DNA of 64,000 nt from Pseudoprimorskyibacter sp. (GTDB taxonomy: Bacteria; Pseudomonadota; Alphaproteobacteria; Rhodobacterales; Rhodobacteraceae). Below are positions 29,357 through 39,793 of this stretch, piece after piece (the first letter of the stretch is position 1; each line of letters begins with the position of its first letter). The stretch covers positions 11,724 through 75,723 of the forward strand of contig JAQXDR010000070.1 in assembly GCA_029251265.1 (NCBI GenBank), read 5' to 3'. The notes below the pieces were generated by a model. The model searched no databases and was not told where the DNA came from. It saw only the letters and a list, made by a program, of their open reading frames with translations. A program made the position numbers and the translations under genes.

Positions 29357-29968
29357 ATGTCTGAAAAATCTGTCTCTCAAGCCCTGAAATCCGCGTTGGA
29401 GTTCGGTCCGGTGCTTTTGTTTTTCGTGGCCTATATCTGGCTGCGAGACGAAGTGTTTGTGATCAATGGCGCTGAATACAGCGCATTTGTTCTGATCACT
29501 GGCGGATTTGTGGTTCTTGTCGCCCTCACCACCTTTTTGATCTGGAGACTGACAGGCACCGTGAGCAAGATGCAGTTGGTGACCTTGTGTCTTGTCGTTG
29601 TCTTTGGCGGGCTGACTGTGTGGCTGAATGATGAGCGGTTCATCAAGATGAAGCCAACCATAATATACCTGATTTTCGCGGGTATCCTTGGGGTTGGACT
29701 GCTGCGCGGACAAAGCTATTTGAAAATCGTCATGGGTGAGCTGATGCCAATGCGCCCAGACGGCTGGTTGATTCTAACACGCAGGTTCACCCTATTTTTT
29801 GTTGGTCTTGCCGTTGCCAATGAGCTTGTATGGCGGTTTATGAGCACCGATGCTTGGGTGAACTTCAAGACCTTCGGTCTCACCGCTGCGCTTTTTGTGT
29901 TCATGTTCTCGCAGGCAAAGTTGTTTGAGGCATATCGCCTCGAAAGCGAAGACAACCCGAAAACCTAG
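29357..29968 (+). CDS. yciB: Inner membrane protein YciB (IspZ family)
   Basis: LEFGP, FGGLT...FIKMKPTI, WVNFKTFG. Confidence 0.92.
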   Translation: MSEKSVSQALKSALEFGPVLLFFVAYIWLRDEVFVINGAEYSAFVLITGGFVVLVALTTFLIWRLTGTVSKMQLVTLCLVVVFGGLTVWLNDERFIKMKPTIIYLIFAGILGVGLLRGQSYLKIVMGELMPMRPDGWLILTRRFTLFFVGLAVANELVWRFMSTDAWVNFKTFGLTAALFVFMFSQAKLFEAYRLESEDNPKT

Positions 29969-30076
29969 ACGGAAAGGTTTGCGGGTGTTGGCCGATTGTT
30001 AGATCGCACTGCATCCGCCACGGCCCGATCATAGAGGGGCCTTGGCCATGACCGCATATCGAGAGAAGTCGATTGT

Positions 30077-31786
30077 TTAGCGCACGCCGGCAAAGCGTGT
30101 TTGCCAGTCCTCACGCTCGGCGTCCGTAATCTTGCGAAAGGTCACGTCAGGCACGGAAAATCTATGGCCTGCGGGCAGGGTTGTCAGCGCCACGCTCATG
30201 TCTTCAGGCCAGCTCCAGTCATCGCAATTCAACGCAGTCATCAGGGCCTCGCTGGCGTCTGGAATGAACGGTCGGGATAAAACTGCGTAAAGCCGGATAA
30301 GGTTCAACGCTAGGCGGATCTGAGCGGCTGCGGCCTCCGGATCTGATTTAAACGTCGACCACGGCGCAGCCTCTTGCAGGTATTCGTTCCCTAAAACCCA
30401 GATGGCGCGCAATTCTTGCGCAGATTTCCGCACCTCGATGGCCTCCATCTGGGTTTCATATGTGGCAAGACGGGTCTGCAATGCGGAGATAAGAGCCGCC
30501 TCGCGGTCGGTTTGTACGCCACCGGCAGGAACCACCTCTGTGAATTTGGACCGGCAGAATTTAGTCACGCGGCTTGCGAAATTGCCCAAGACGTCAGCAA
30601 GATCCTTGTTGACGGATTGCTGGAAATTTTCCCATGTAAATTCGCTATCGCTGGATTCGGGTGCGTGGCTAAGCAGCCACCAGCGCCAATAATCCGCAGG
30701 CAAAATTTCCAACGCCTGATCCATAAAGACACCACGCCCGCGCGAGGTGCTGAATTGGCCGCCATCGTAGTTCAGGTAGTTAAAGGATTTGATGTAGTCG
30801 ACCAGTTTCCATGGCTCACCCGACCCCAGAATTGTCGCAGGAAAGCTCAGTGTGTGAAATGGGACGTTATCTTTGCCCATAAACTGGGTATAAGTCACAT
30901 CTTCGGCGCCCTTGTCGGTGCGCCACCAGCGCGCCCAATCCGTGCCTTCGCCCGCGTCCACCCATTCCTGACTGCAGGCGATGTATTCTATAGGCGCGTC
31001 GAACCAAACGTAGAAGACTTTGCCTTCCATACCTGGCCAATCCGCATCGCCGTTTTTAACGGGAACCCCCCAATCGAGATCGCGCGTGATTCCACGATCC
31101 TGCAATCCGTCACCATCATGGAGCCATTTTTTTGCAATTGAGGTCGTCAAAATTGGCCAATCCGATTTGCTATCAATCCACGCATCCAACTGATCTTTCA
31201 TCGCGGATTGCCGCAGGTGCAAATGCTTGGTTTCGCGCAGCTCCAGTTTGGTTGAGCCTGATATGGTCGAACGGGGATCGATCAGGTCAGTCGGGTCTAG
31301 CTGTTTGGTGCAATTGTCGCATTGATCGCCACGGGCACTTTCAAAACCGCAATTTGGGCAGGTACCTTCGATATATCGATCGGGAAGGAAACGGCCATCT
31401 TGAGGCGAATACATCTGGTGTTCGGTGACTTCCGTGATCAGGCCTTGTTTGTGCAGCGCTCCGGCAAAATGTTGGGTCAGGTCCTGATTCTGCTGGCTAG
31501 ACGATCGGCCATAATGATCAAAAGACAACCGAAAGCCTTTGGCGATTTCCAGCTGAACGGCATGCATTTCACGGCAGTATTCTGCCACGGGTTTTCCGGC
31601 TTTGGCGGCTGCGAGTTCAGCGGGGGTTCCGTGTTCGTCAGTGGCACATAGAAAAAGAACCTCGCGTCCGCGTGCACGATGATAGCGAGCAAAAAGATCA
31701 GCAGGAAGCTGCGATCCAATCAGATTGCCTAAATGCTTGATCCCATTGATGTAGGGAATGGCAGAGGTAATGAGGTGGCGGGTCAT
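30077..31786 (-). CDS. metG: Methionyl-tRNA synthetase (short form)
   Basis: [16 protein letters not shown], two CxxC zinc knuckles, [18 protein letters not shown]. Confidence 0.97.
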   Translation of the reverse strand: MTRHLITSAIPYINGIKHLGNLIGSQLPADLFARYHRARGREVLFLCATDEHGTPAELAAAKAGKPVAEYCREMHAVQLEIAKGFRLSFDHYGRSSSQQNQDLTQHFAGALHKQGLITEVTEHQMYSPQDGRFLPDRYIEGTCPNCGFESARGDQCDNCTKQLDPTDLIDPRSTISGSTKLELRETKHLHLRQSAMKDQLDAWIDSKSDWPILTTSIAKKWLHDGDGLQDRGITRDLDWGVPVKNGDADWPGMEGKVFYVWFDAPIEYIACSQEWVDAGEGTDWARWWRTDKGAEDVTYTQFMGKDNVPFHTLSFPATILGSGEPWKLVDYIKSFNYLNYDGGQFSTSRGRGVFMDQALEILPADYWRWWLLSHAPESSDSEFTWENFQQSVNKDLADVLGNFASRVTKFCRSKFTEVVPAGGVQTDREAALISALQTRLATYETQMEAIEVRKSAQELRAIWVLGNEYLQEAAPWSTFKSDPEAAAAQIRLALNLIRLYAVLSRPFIPDASEALMTALNCDDWSWPEDMSVALTTLPAGHRFSVPDVTFRKITDAEREDWQTRFAGVR

Positions 31787-31887
31787 GATGGGCTTCCTGT
31801 GCGAGACACGCGGATGGGTTTAGATCAAACAAGGCGAAAGGGCCAGCAAGATCGCGCGTGTTTGGGTCTGGCGAATAACATGGCGGA

Positions 31888-33111
31888 TTACCTTTTGTCG
31901 CGACTTCGTTTCAAAAGGCGTCCAATCGAAAAGGACGTGCGCGGGGTGTAGACATACGGGGTGCGCAGGTCTGCTGTCGGGCGTGCACGCATTCGGGTTA
32001 AGCCGAAACCAACCAATGCCACATGTCCCACCGCGATCATCAAAAATAAAGCGCCGGGGCCATACGCCTGCATCAATGACGAGGCCGTGTAGGGCGCTGC
32101 AATCGCGCCACAGGCGAACCAGAAAATCAAGGCTGCTGAAAGCTCTACCCTTTCATGGCTTTTGGCGAAATCATGGGCGTGTGATGCAGCGACTGAAAAG
32201 ATTGGAAATGTCGTTAGACCAAAGACGAATCCACTGGTCAAAAGCGCCAAAGTCGAAACGTCTGTCATCAAAGCATTCCACAGACAGCTTAGGATAGCAG
32301 CCATCGACAGCCATATCAGCACCCACCGACGATCAAACTTGTCGGCCAACCATCCTGCGGGATACTGCGCCAATGCGCCTCCACCCATGAAAACCGCAAG
32401 AAACAGGGCGATTTGCGCCGCATCAAGGCCCATGCTCTGGCCATAAATTGGGCCAACCATCCGAAAGCTCGCGCCTGAAAGCGCCGCGACCAGCACACCT
32501 GCCACGGCCAGTGGGGACCGTTCTAGCGCCAGCCTTGGTTTCAGACGAGGTGCATCAGGGGTTGCGGGCGGGCTTGCGCGCGTCAACAAAACTGGAAGCA
32601 AAGTTGCACAACATAACAATGCCAAAAGATTATAAGACACGTAATGCGCGGGTTCCAAAACTGAAATAAGCAACTGCGACGCCATCGCAGCACCAATATC
32701 TGTGATTCTATATAGGCCCATGGCGCGGCCCCGGATGTCGTTGGTGACTTTGGCGTTCAGCCATGCCTCAATTACCGTGTAACACCCAGCGATGCACATG
32801 CCGGTGGCCACGCGCATGACAGCCCATGCAACCGGATCAATGATCAGCATATGTGCCAGCAGCCCAATTGCACCGCTGGCTGCAAAGGCTGCAAATGCGC
32901 GGCTGTGACCAACAGATCCCATCAGCCGCGGGGCCCACCAGCACCCAATAAAAAATCCAACAAAATGGGCCGATCCAAGCAGGCCGATTTCTTCGGTTGT
33001 GAAGCCGAGCGCAAACCCTGACAGGGCATCCAACGGGCCCACACCACCCGAACTGAGTTGAAGGAGAATAACGGATAAAAAAAGCGCGGCGAAAGAAATT
33101 AATAACTGCAT
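31888..33111 (-). CDS. MFS transporter (YcaD-like)
   Basis: 12-TM pattern, IEAWLN, GWLADKFDRR; start probably ATG 33111. Confidence 0.88.
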   Translation of the reverse strand: MQLLISFAALFLSVILLQLSSGGVGPLDALSGFALGFTTEEIGLLGSAHFVGFFIGCWWAPRLMGSVGHSRAFAAFAASGAIGLLAHMLIIDPVAWAVMRVATGMCIAGCYTVIEAWLNAKVTNDIRGRAMGLYRITDIGAAMASQLLISVLEPAHYVSYNLLALLCCATLLPVLLTRASPPATPDAPRLKPRLALERSPLAVAGVLVAALSGASFRMVGPIYGQSMGLDAAQIALFLAVFMGGGALAQYPAGWLADKFDRRWVLIWLSMAAILSCLWNALMTDVSTLALLTSGFVFGLTTFPIFSVAASHAHDFAKSHERVELSAALIFWFACGAIAAPYTASSLMQAYGPGALFLMIAVGHVALVGFGLTRMRARPTADLRTPYVYTPRTSFSIGRLLKRSRDKR

Positions 33112-33293
33112 GGTGGCACGTCTGCGCGTCTTTTCATGGTGATACTTGTTGATAACCGCCAAGAGACAGTCGTATTTTGATCTTATGGCCTTGTCTTGCC
33201 TTTATGTCTGTCGGCGGGCAGGCTGTCGCAGCTAACAGGTTTGTTCATTGCTGGCAGTCGTGTGCTGGTTCTGGCTATTTAACAGGAGATCGT

Positions 33294-34172
33294 ATGCGCA
33301 TTGCATTCACGGGTGGCTCGGGCAAAGCCGGCCGGATCGTCGTTCCTTATCTGCAGGCACTTGGTCATCAGGTTTTAAACCTCGACCTCGTTCCGGCGAC
33401 AGGTGTCGACACGCTCATTACTGAACTGACCGATTCGGGACAGGTCTTTAATGCGCTGTCTTCGTTGGCCAATTTCAGTGAACTGGAAGCGGGTCAGGGC
33501 GTGCCAAAATTTGATGCTGTGGTTCATTTTGCAGCTTTGGCGCGGATCTTGATCAAGCCTGACAATGAAACCTTTCGTGTGAATACCCTGTCGACCTACA
33601 ACATCATGGAAGCCGCTGTAAAACTGGGCATCCCCAAGGTTATCTTTGCAAGCTCTGAAACGGCCTATGGCGTTTGTTTCGCGGATGGCGAGATGAAACC
33701 CGCGTATCTGCCGATAGACGAAGATCACCCCACTGTGCCGGAAGACAGCTATGCCATGTCCAAAGTCTGCAATGAAGCCTGCGGCCGGTCCTTCCACGCA
33801 CGCTCAGGAAACGATATTTACGGCTTGCGAATCAACAACGTCATTGCGCCCGAGGATTATGAGCGTGATTTTCCTGCCTATCTGGAAAACCCCGATTTAC
33901 GCCGCCGAAATTTCTTTGCCTACATTGATGCGCGCGACTTGGGCCACATGGTGCAAAGATGTCTTGAAACCGATGGTTTGGGCTATGAGGTTTTTAACGT
34001 CGCCAATGATGATTTGTCAGTAAGTCTTGGAAATTCGGAACTTCGTGAACGATATTATGCGGGTGTATCTCTTCGACGTGAGATGAGTGAGCACGAGACT
34101 TTTTATGTTTGCGACAAGGCAAAGCGTTTGTTGGGTTTTGCACCGCAACATTCTTGGCGAAATCACGTGTGA
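33294..34172 (+). CDS. NAD-dependent epimerase/dehydratase (extended SDR)
   Basis: Start ATG 33294 with AGGAG SD; TGGSGKAG, ASSE, YAMSK. Confidence 0.9.
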   Translation: MRIAFTGGSGKAGRIVVPYLQALGHQVLNLDLVPATGVDTLITELTDSGQVFNALSSLANFSELEAGQGVPKFDAVVHFAALARILIKPDNETFRVNTLSTYNIMEAAVKLGIPKVIFASSETAYGVCFADGEMKPAYLPIDEDHPTVPEDSYAMSKVCNEACGRSFHARSGNDIYGLRINNVIAPEDYERDFPAYLENPDLRRRNFFAYIDARDLGHMVQRCLETDGLGYEVFNVANDDLSVSLGNSELRERYYAGVSLRREMSEHETFYVCDKAKRLLGFAPQHSWRNHV

Positions 34173-34218
34173 TAGGGGATTGTGCCGGACCGAGGGTGCT
34201 GCTACTACGCGCCGCAAT

Positions 34219-34294
34219 GCCGGTATAGCTCAGATGGTAGAGCACGTGATTTGTAATCTCGGGGTCGGGGGTTCAAGTCCCTCTGCCGGCACCA
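34219..34294 (+). tRNA. tRNA-Thr(UGU)
   Basis: 76-nt cloverleaf GCCGGTA...TGCCGGCACCA, anticodon TGT at 34252-34254, GTTCAAGT T-loop. Confidence 0.95.
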
Positions 34295-34298
34295 TATC

Positions 34299-34340
34299 AA
34301 GCCCTCTAAGGTTCACACCTTAGGGGGCTTTTGGTTTTTT
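34299..34340 (+). terminator. Intrinsic terminator after tRNA-Thr
   Basis: AAGCCCTCTAAGG...CCTTAGGGGGCTT stem followed by T-rich tail. Confidence 0.85.
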
Positions 34341-34588
34341 ATGGCGCTCTGCGGCCCGTTGGCCGTTTGGCACCTGTTCCCGCTCTTTGGCGGTTTTTTA
34401 GATCTGCCCACCCTTCATACCGATTCGCGGCCATGTTTATTCTGCAGAGACCGCACGACAGGTCGCATCCACCAACCAGAATTTTGTGTTTTTTGATCTG
34501 AATTTTTGTTTTCGGACTTTGGTCAAAGATGGATTGTGACCAAACTCCGGTGGATACGAAAACGGAATACAAATTTTGAGGGTTTACG

Positions 34589-35936
34589 GTGAACGTTTTC
34601 CTACAAGGTCACGATTTTTCAATTATGTGAAACCGGATCTAATGATGATGACATCCTTGGCCGCAAGCGGATGTCCGAATTGTCATCTCAGAAGGTGGAC
34701 CAAATAGATGATCCAATTATCTGGGCCCTAGACAGCAAATGGGGTACCGGGAAATCTTTTTTCCTCAAACGATGGGTCGGCGCGCATACACGACAGAATT
34801 CAGAAAGGGCAACGACCGTTTATTTTGATGCCTTCGCAAGCGACTATTTGTCGGACCCGCTTGTGTCGTTGATCGCCGCGGTTGGTTCGCGGATCGACGC
34901 GCAACATTCCGGCACGTTCGAGACCCTGCAAAATGTTGCGAGAAGTCTGTTAAGACCATCAATCAATATTGGCCTGTCGGTTTTGACCGCAGGGCTATCA
35001 CAGTATTTTTCGTCAGCGTTAGATGCAGTATCTCAAACTGCCGGGGACGAAGTCAAAAACGCCACGCAGCAATTGTGGACCGCAGAGTTAAACCGCGAAG
35101 AAGACATGAAGTCTTTTAAAACGCTGTTGGCTAAAGTGGCAGAACATTCCGGTGGTTCGATTGTCATTGTGGTAGATGAATTAGACCGATGCCGTCCAGA
35201 TTACGCCCTATCTGTACTGGAAGTGATCAAACATTTTTTTTCGGTTCCCAAGGTCCATTTTGTGCTGGGTATCAACGCGAGCGCGCTTCAAAACAGTGTG
35301 AAGGCTCGGTATGGGGCCGAGATTGACGCCGAAAACGACCTTCGAAAATTTATACATGTGTCATTCACGCTTCCTGATACAATTGGTGCCCAAAGGGATT
35401 TGGTGATTTCAAAATATGCACGGAAATTGGTGCAGGATATGGCCCTTTCACACACAGTTTCGAATCGATGTATTGACCTGCTTGGGTATGTTGCAAAGGG
35501 GCGGCCTGTTTCTTTGCGAGACGTTGAAAAGATTATGTTCAAAATCGCCTTGTTGCCAAATGAAGCACATGGTGACACAAAAATGCATGATCTCCTCTGT
35601 GCGCTGCTTGTCACATCCGTGGTTGATCCCGACCTTCACATCCGAATGGTGTCTGGCCTCTCATCACAAGAGGCGCTTCGCGGGCTTTTGGCGGCGGATA
35701 GATCAAAAACAGTCCGCCCAACACCAGAGCAAACTAACGAATCCTATGACCGTAATGTTGCGTATTGGTTGGCTGAACTTATCCTTTTGTGCACAGAGAA
35801 AGATCTATCTGATATTCCTGATCTGGCTGACTGGAAAGACAGCCTTTACGTGAATTTAAGCGATTATGGCAGGCGCAATTTGCAGCCTATGCCCGCTTGG
35901 ATCCAAGAAAACTGGGTAGAGGTTTTTAACATTTGA
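34589..35936 (+). pseudogene. KAP family P-loop NTPase with probable 5' frameshift (intact frame from ATG 34671)
   Basis: Walker A-like DSKWGTGKS, Walker B IVVDELDRCRP, LEVIKH, YG..DA..LRKF; family-like residues ETG..DDILGRK lie upstream of ATG 34671 in frame, while the SD-led GTG 34589 is out of frame. Confidence 0.75.
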
Positions 35937-35955
35937 TACCAGTAATTTGACGGGG

Positions 35956-37308
35956 CTAGTGCGTTGCGGCGCGCAGCCCGGCGGCGGTCGCTTCTAAAAT
36001 CTGGCTCACCTCGCTTGCTGTAATCACAAGAGGTGGAGAAAAAATTGCGTTGGGTCCAGAGACACGAATCATCGCCCCGGCTTGGTAGGCCGCACGTTGA
36101 AAGGCGTCCATCGTTTTGGCCGCGGCAGGTGTTTTGCAGCTGCGGTCGGACACCAGCTCTATCGCGCACATCAAACCCTCGCCGCGTACGTCCCCGATCA
36201 GGTCATAGGTTTGTGCCAAAGACCGCAATCCGGTGATCAGTTCGTCACCGCGAAGGGCAGCATTTTCCCACGGCTTAATGCGGTTGATTTCATTCAGCGT
36301 TGCGATGGCGGCGGCGGCGCCCACTGGATGACCCGAGTAAGTGTAGCCTGTATACACGCCACCATCAGATCCCGCATCTTCAAAGATTTGGGCGATATGG
36401 TCCGCAATCATGACCGCCCCAAAAGGGAAATACCCGTTGGTGATTGCTTTGGCTGTGCACATCAAATCAGGGGCAACGCCATAATGTCTGGATCCATTGG
36501 GTGATCCCGTTCGGCCAAAGGCTGTTATGACCTCGTCTGCAATAAGCAAAATTCCGTGTTTATCGCAAATTTTGCGTATTTGAGGCAGCAGTGTCGGATG
36601 TGGTGGAATGACGCCCCCTGCGCCTTGCACAGGTTCCATTATAAAGGCGGCTATGTTTTGTGCGCCTTCAAATGCGATGGCTCTTTCAAGGGACTCTGCC
36701 ACTTTCGTTGCCAGTATCTTGGGCGAAGCCACGTCAAAGGGATTGCGATACAGGTAGGGACCGGGGATTTGTGTGCATCCCGGCATCAATGGTTCATAGG
36801 CCTGTCGGAAACGTCCGCTGCCATTGACACTAGCACCACCGATATGCGTTCCGTGATAGCCTTGTAAAAGTGAAATGAACTTCACCCGTCCCGCCTCGCC
36901 GCACAGTCGGTGGTATTGCCGGGCAAGCTTGAGCGCCGTTTCCACAGAATCTGAGCCACCGGACGTAAAAAACGCCCGTGTTAGCCGTTCTGGGGCAAAG
37001 AATTCGCGCAGCATCCATGAAAGTTCGATCGCCTTGTCATTAGTGGTTCCACGAAAGATTGAATAATAGGGCAGTGCTTGCATCTGGGCTGCCACCGCCT
37101 GCTTTATAGGATCGCAAGAGTATCCCAAATTTACGTTCCACAACCCCCCAACAGCATCGACAACCCGCATGCCATCGATGTCGGTGATGTAGACGCCATC
37201 ACCGTCTGTAATAATCATGGGTGGCGTAGCGAGACTGGCAGAGGGAGGTCCCATAGGATGCCACATGTGCCGGGCGTTGTTTTCCTTCAGGAAATTACTG
37301 TCTTTCAC
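35956..37308 (-). CDS. Class III (omega-amino acid) PLP aminotransferase
   Basis: GGLWNVNLGY, SGGSDSVE, EPVQGAGG, DEVITAFGRTG, TAKAITNGY, GYTYSGHP; start probably GTG 37308 after GGAGG. Confidence 0.92.
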   Translation of the reverse strand: MKDSNFLKENNARHMWHPMGPPSASLATPPMIITDGDGVYITDIDGMRVVDAVGGLWNVNLGYSCDPIKQAVAAQMQALPYYSIFRGTTNDKAIELSWMLREFFAPERLTRAFFTSGGSDSVETALKLARQYHRLCGEAGRVKFISLLQGYHGTHIGGASVNGSGRFRQAYEPLMPGCTQIPGPYLYRNPFDVASPKILATKVAESLERAIAFEGAQNIAAFIMEPVQGAGGVIPPHPTLLPQIRKICDKHGILLIADEVITAFGRTGSPNGSRHYGVAPDLMCTAKAITNGYFPFGAVMIADHIAQIFEDAGSDGGVYTGYTYSGHPVGAAAAIATLNEINRIKPWENAALRGDELITGLRSLAQTYDLIGDVRGEGLMCAIELVSDRSCKTPAAAKTMDAFQRAAYQAGAMIRVSGPNAIFSPPLVITASEVSQILEATAAGLRAATH

Positions 37309-37729
37309 CGATACCTCCATAGAATATATTGCACATCATGTCGGAACACCGTTTGAGTATCTACCCGCAGCACTGATTTGATGCCGCCATCATGTCGCAA
37401 CTGCAAATACCAAGGATAAAATCTTGTGTTCAGCGTTTGGGCAAGCAGATAAAGCGAACGTGCGCATTTCCTATAGTCCGTCCGCCTACCAAGATTATCT
37501 ACTTTGAACCATAGCTCGAGGTTTTATGGGGTGTAAGCGTTTTTCTGCTGTGCAACGCTGTGTGCACACAGCGTTTTACCTTGGTTTGAAGATAAATCGA
37601 AGTGCGACGCTGATTGTCCGACGGGGGTGGGATTGTGCCGATCTGTAAATATATTTTCCGCAGGTAACGACCATGTCGCAAAGGGCTATGCGGTATCAGC
37701 ACAGGTTTCAACGCCGGATCTTTGCACTG

Positions 37730-37752
37730 AAAAAGCCATCGGAATTTGATGG
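37730..37752 (-). terminator. Small terminator after tRNA-Ala
   Basis: CCATC/GATGG stem followed by a U run on the minus strand. Confidence 0.5.
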
Positions 37753-37756
37753 AGTA

Positions 37757-37832
<76 letters not shown>

Positions 37833-37900
37833 TTTGTGTGCGTTGGCTTACGCACTGCAGGTCGCGGGATCAAGTCGAAAATCCCGCGTCCGCATGATTT

Positions 37901-38224
37901 TTAACTGTCGTCATCGTCGGCTGGGACGTCTGCTAGTTCGTCCAGAGAGACATTTTCGTCTTCGTCGTCATCCAGCAAATCGTCATCCAATTCAACTGTC
38001 ACGTCATCATCATCAATGACATCATCACTGGTATTGGTTTCTTTGGCTTTTGCCTTGGTCGATGCGGCGTCTGCGGCATCGGCTGCGATCATGCGCGACT
38101 TGCTATTGTCAACGACAACGACTTCGCCAGTATAGGGACTGACGATTGGATTGCGATTAAGGTCATAGAAACGCTTGCCCGTTTCGGGGCACAAGCGTTT
38201 GACACCCCATTCTTCCTTGGCCAT
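37901..38224 (-). CDS. TIGR02300 / FYDLN-acid family protein
   Basis: MAKEEWGVKRLCPETGKRFYDLN followed by an acidic tail; start ATG 38224. Confidence 0.93.
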   Translation of the reverse strand: MAKEEWGVKRLCPETGKRFYDLNRNPIVSPYTGEVVVVDNSKSRMIAADAADAASTKAKAKETNTSDDVIDDDDVTVELDDDLLDDDEDENVSLDELADVPADDDDS

Positions 38225-38327
38225 CTTAAATCCCTTGGGTTTGTGGTCTTGCTGTTGGTCGCGGTCCCCTGCCATAACGCGCTACGCGTGTCAAAGGCTT
38301 TGGCACTCAAATTTGTAAGGGACCCAT

Positions 38328-39023
38328 ATGCAGGTGTTTGAGCTGCCCGGCAACCCCCCGGTCATAATACAGATGCGAGAATCTGCTCGCGCCAAACGCT
38401 TGAGCCTTCGCATCTCACAACTTGACGGTCGTGTGACATTATCAGTTCCGCGCGGCACGCCCTTTGCTCGGGCCGAGGACTTCGCGCACCAAAAAGCATT
38501 ATGGCTTCGCCAACACTTGTCCAAACAACCTGATCATGTGCGGGTGACTTGGGGGCAGACCATACCCATTGCCGGTAAATTGCATCGACTCATACCGACG
38601 CCAGAACGTCAAATTATATGTGATAAAGCGGGTATTCTTGCAGTTCCAGGCCCTCTGGAACGGGTCCCTGCCAAGGTGAAAGTGTGGCTCAAGACATTGG
38701 CGCAGGACCGTTTTACCAGTGCTTGTGATTTTTATGCAGATCGGCTTGGGCGTTCGTATTCGCAGTTAACTCTTCGAGATACACGATCCCGGTGGGGGTC
38801 TTGCACGGCGGATGGGCGTTTGATGCTGTCATGGCGGTTGATCCTCGCCCCAAGCGGTGTTTTTGAATATGTGGCGGCGCATGAGGTTGCGCATTTGGCG
38901 CATATGAATCATTCGGCGCAATATTGGGCAAGTGTAAATCAAATCTACGGAGATCCCGCGCCGGAGCGACATTGGTTGCGAAAAAATGGCGCAGATCTAC
39001 ACAGGTACCGATTCGACAATTGA
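38328..39023 (+). CDS. YgjP/DUF45 (SprT-like) zinc metalloprotein
   Basis: RSRWGSC, YVAAHEVAHL..NHS motif. Confidence 0.9.
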   Translation: MQVFELPGNPPVIIQMRESARAKRLSLRISQLDGRVTLSVPRGTPFARAEDFAHQKALWLRQHLSKQPDHVRVTWGQTIPIAGKLHRLIPTPERQIICDKAGILAVPGPLERVPAKVKVWLKTLAQDRFTSACDFYADRLGRSYSQLTLRDTRSRWGSCTADGRLMLSWRLILAPSGVFEYVAAHEVAHLAHMNHSAQYWASVNQIYGDPAPERHWLRKNGADLHRYRFDN

Positions 39024-39034
39024 CTGCTCGTATT

Positions 39035-39048
39035 TTTGTGATCACAAA
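39035..39048. promoter_or_regulatory. Palindromic operator, probably GntR autoregulatory
   Basis: Perfect 14-bp palindrome TTTGTGATCACAAA 6 nt before the GntR ATG and downstream of TTGACT (39020-39025). Confidence 0.6.
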
Positions 39049-39054
39049 TGGGGA

Positions 39055-39705
39055 ATGAAACCTTTCCGTCCAACGCCGGATGCGGCAACCTCTGCCCATG
39101 ATAGGGTATATCGCGGTCTACGGTCGCGTATCATGCTGGGTCAACTTCCCCCCGGACAAGCGTTGACCCTGCGCGGTATCGGAGCTGAATTTGGCGTGTC
39201 GATGACCCCCGCACGCGAAGCCGTTAGGCGGCTGGTGGCAGAAGGGGCCTTATCACTTAGCACATCGGGGCGTGTCGCCACACCTGAGTTGACGGCCGAG
39301 CGGATCGAGGAACTCGCGGCTCTGCGTGCTTTGATCGAGGTGGAGCTGGCAAGCCGTGCGCTGCCAAGGGCGCACATGGCCCTGATTGAACGATTGCAGA
39401 CGATCAATGGTACAATCGGTGACGTCATTTCCAATCGCGATGCAGTCGGCTATATTCGTGCCAACCTCGAATTTCACCGAACGCTTTACCTGCGTGCGCA
39501 AGCGCCAGCAATGCTTGCAATGGCCGAGACGGTCTGGCTGCAATTGGGGCCGACAATGCGAGCGCTTTATGGCCGTTTAGGTCGCACTGAGGCGCCGCAG
39601 TATCATAAGCTGATCATAGCAGCCCTAAGAGCAGGCGATGAGCCAGGGTTGCGGCTGGCCGTACGCTCGGATGTGACCCAAGGATTACGTATGCTGGTGG
39701 CTTGA
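39055..39705 (+). CDS. GntR family (FCD) transcriptional regulator
   Basis: wHTH GVSMTPAREA, FCD with NLEFH; start probably ATG 39055. Confidence 0.92.
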   Translation: MKPFRPTPDAATSAHDRVYRGLRSRIMLGQLPPGQALTLRGIGAEFGVSMTPAREAVRRLVAEGALSLSTSGRVATPELTAERIEELAALRALIEVELASRALPRAHMALIERLQTINGTIGDVISNRDAVGYIRANLEFHRTLYLRAQAPAMLAMAETVWLQLGPTMRALYGRLGRTEAPQYHKLIIAALRAGDEPGLRLAVRSDVTQGLRMLVA

Positions 39706-39793
39706 CATAGGACCGAGGTTGAGCCGTTGTACTATCGGGACTAACACAATGCGGTCAGGTCAATGTTTGTATTCCACCAAGTGATGACAGATT

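Noticed and set aside
34295..37756. Intact prophage or integrative element at tRNA-Thr or tRNA-Ala
   Set aside because: No integrase, no att-like duplication of either tRNA 3' end, no phage genes
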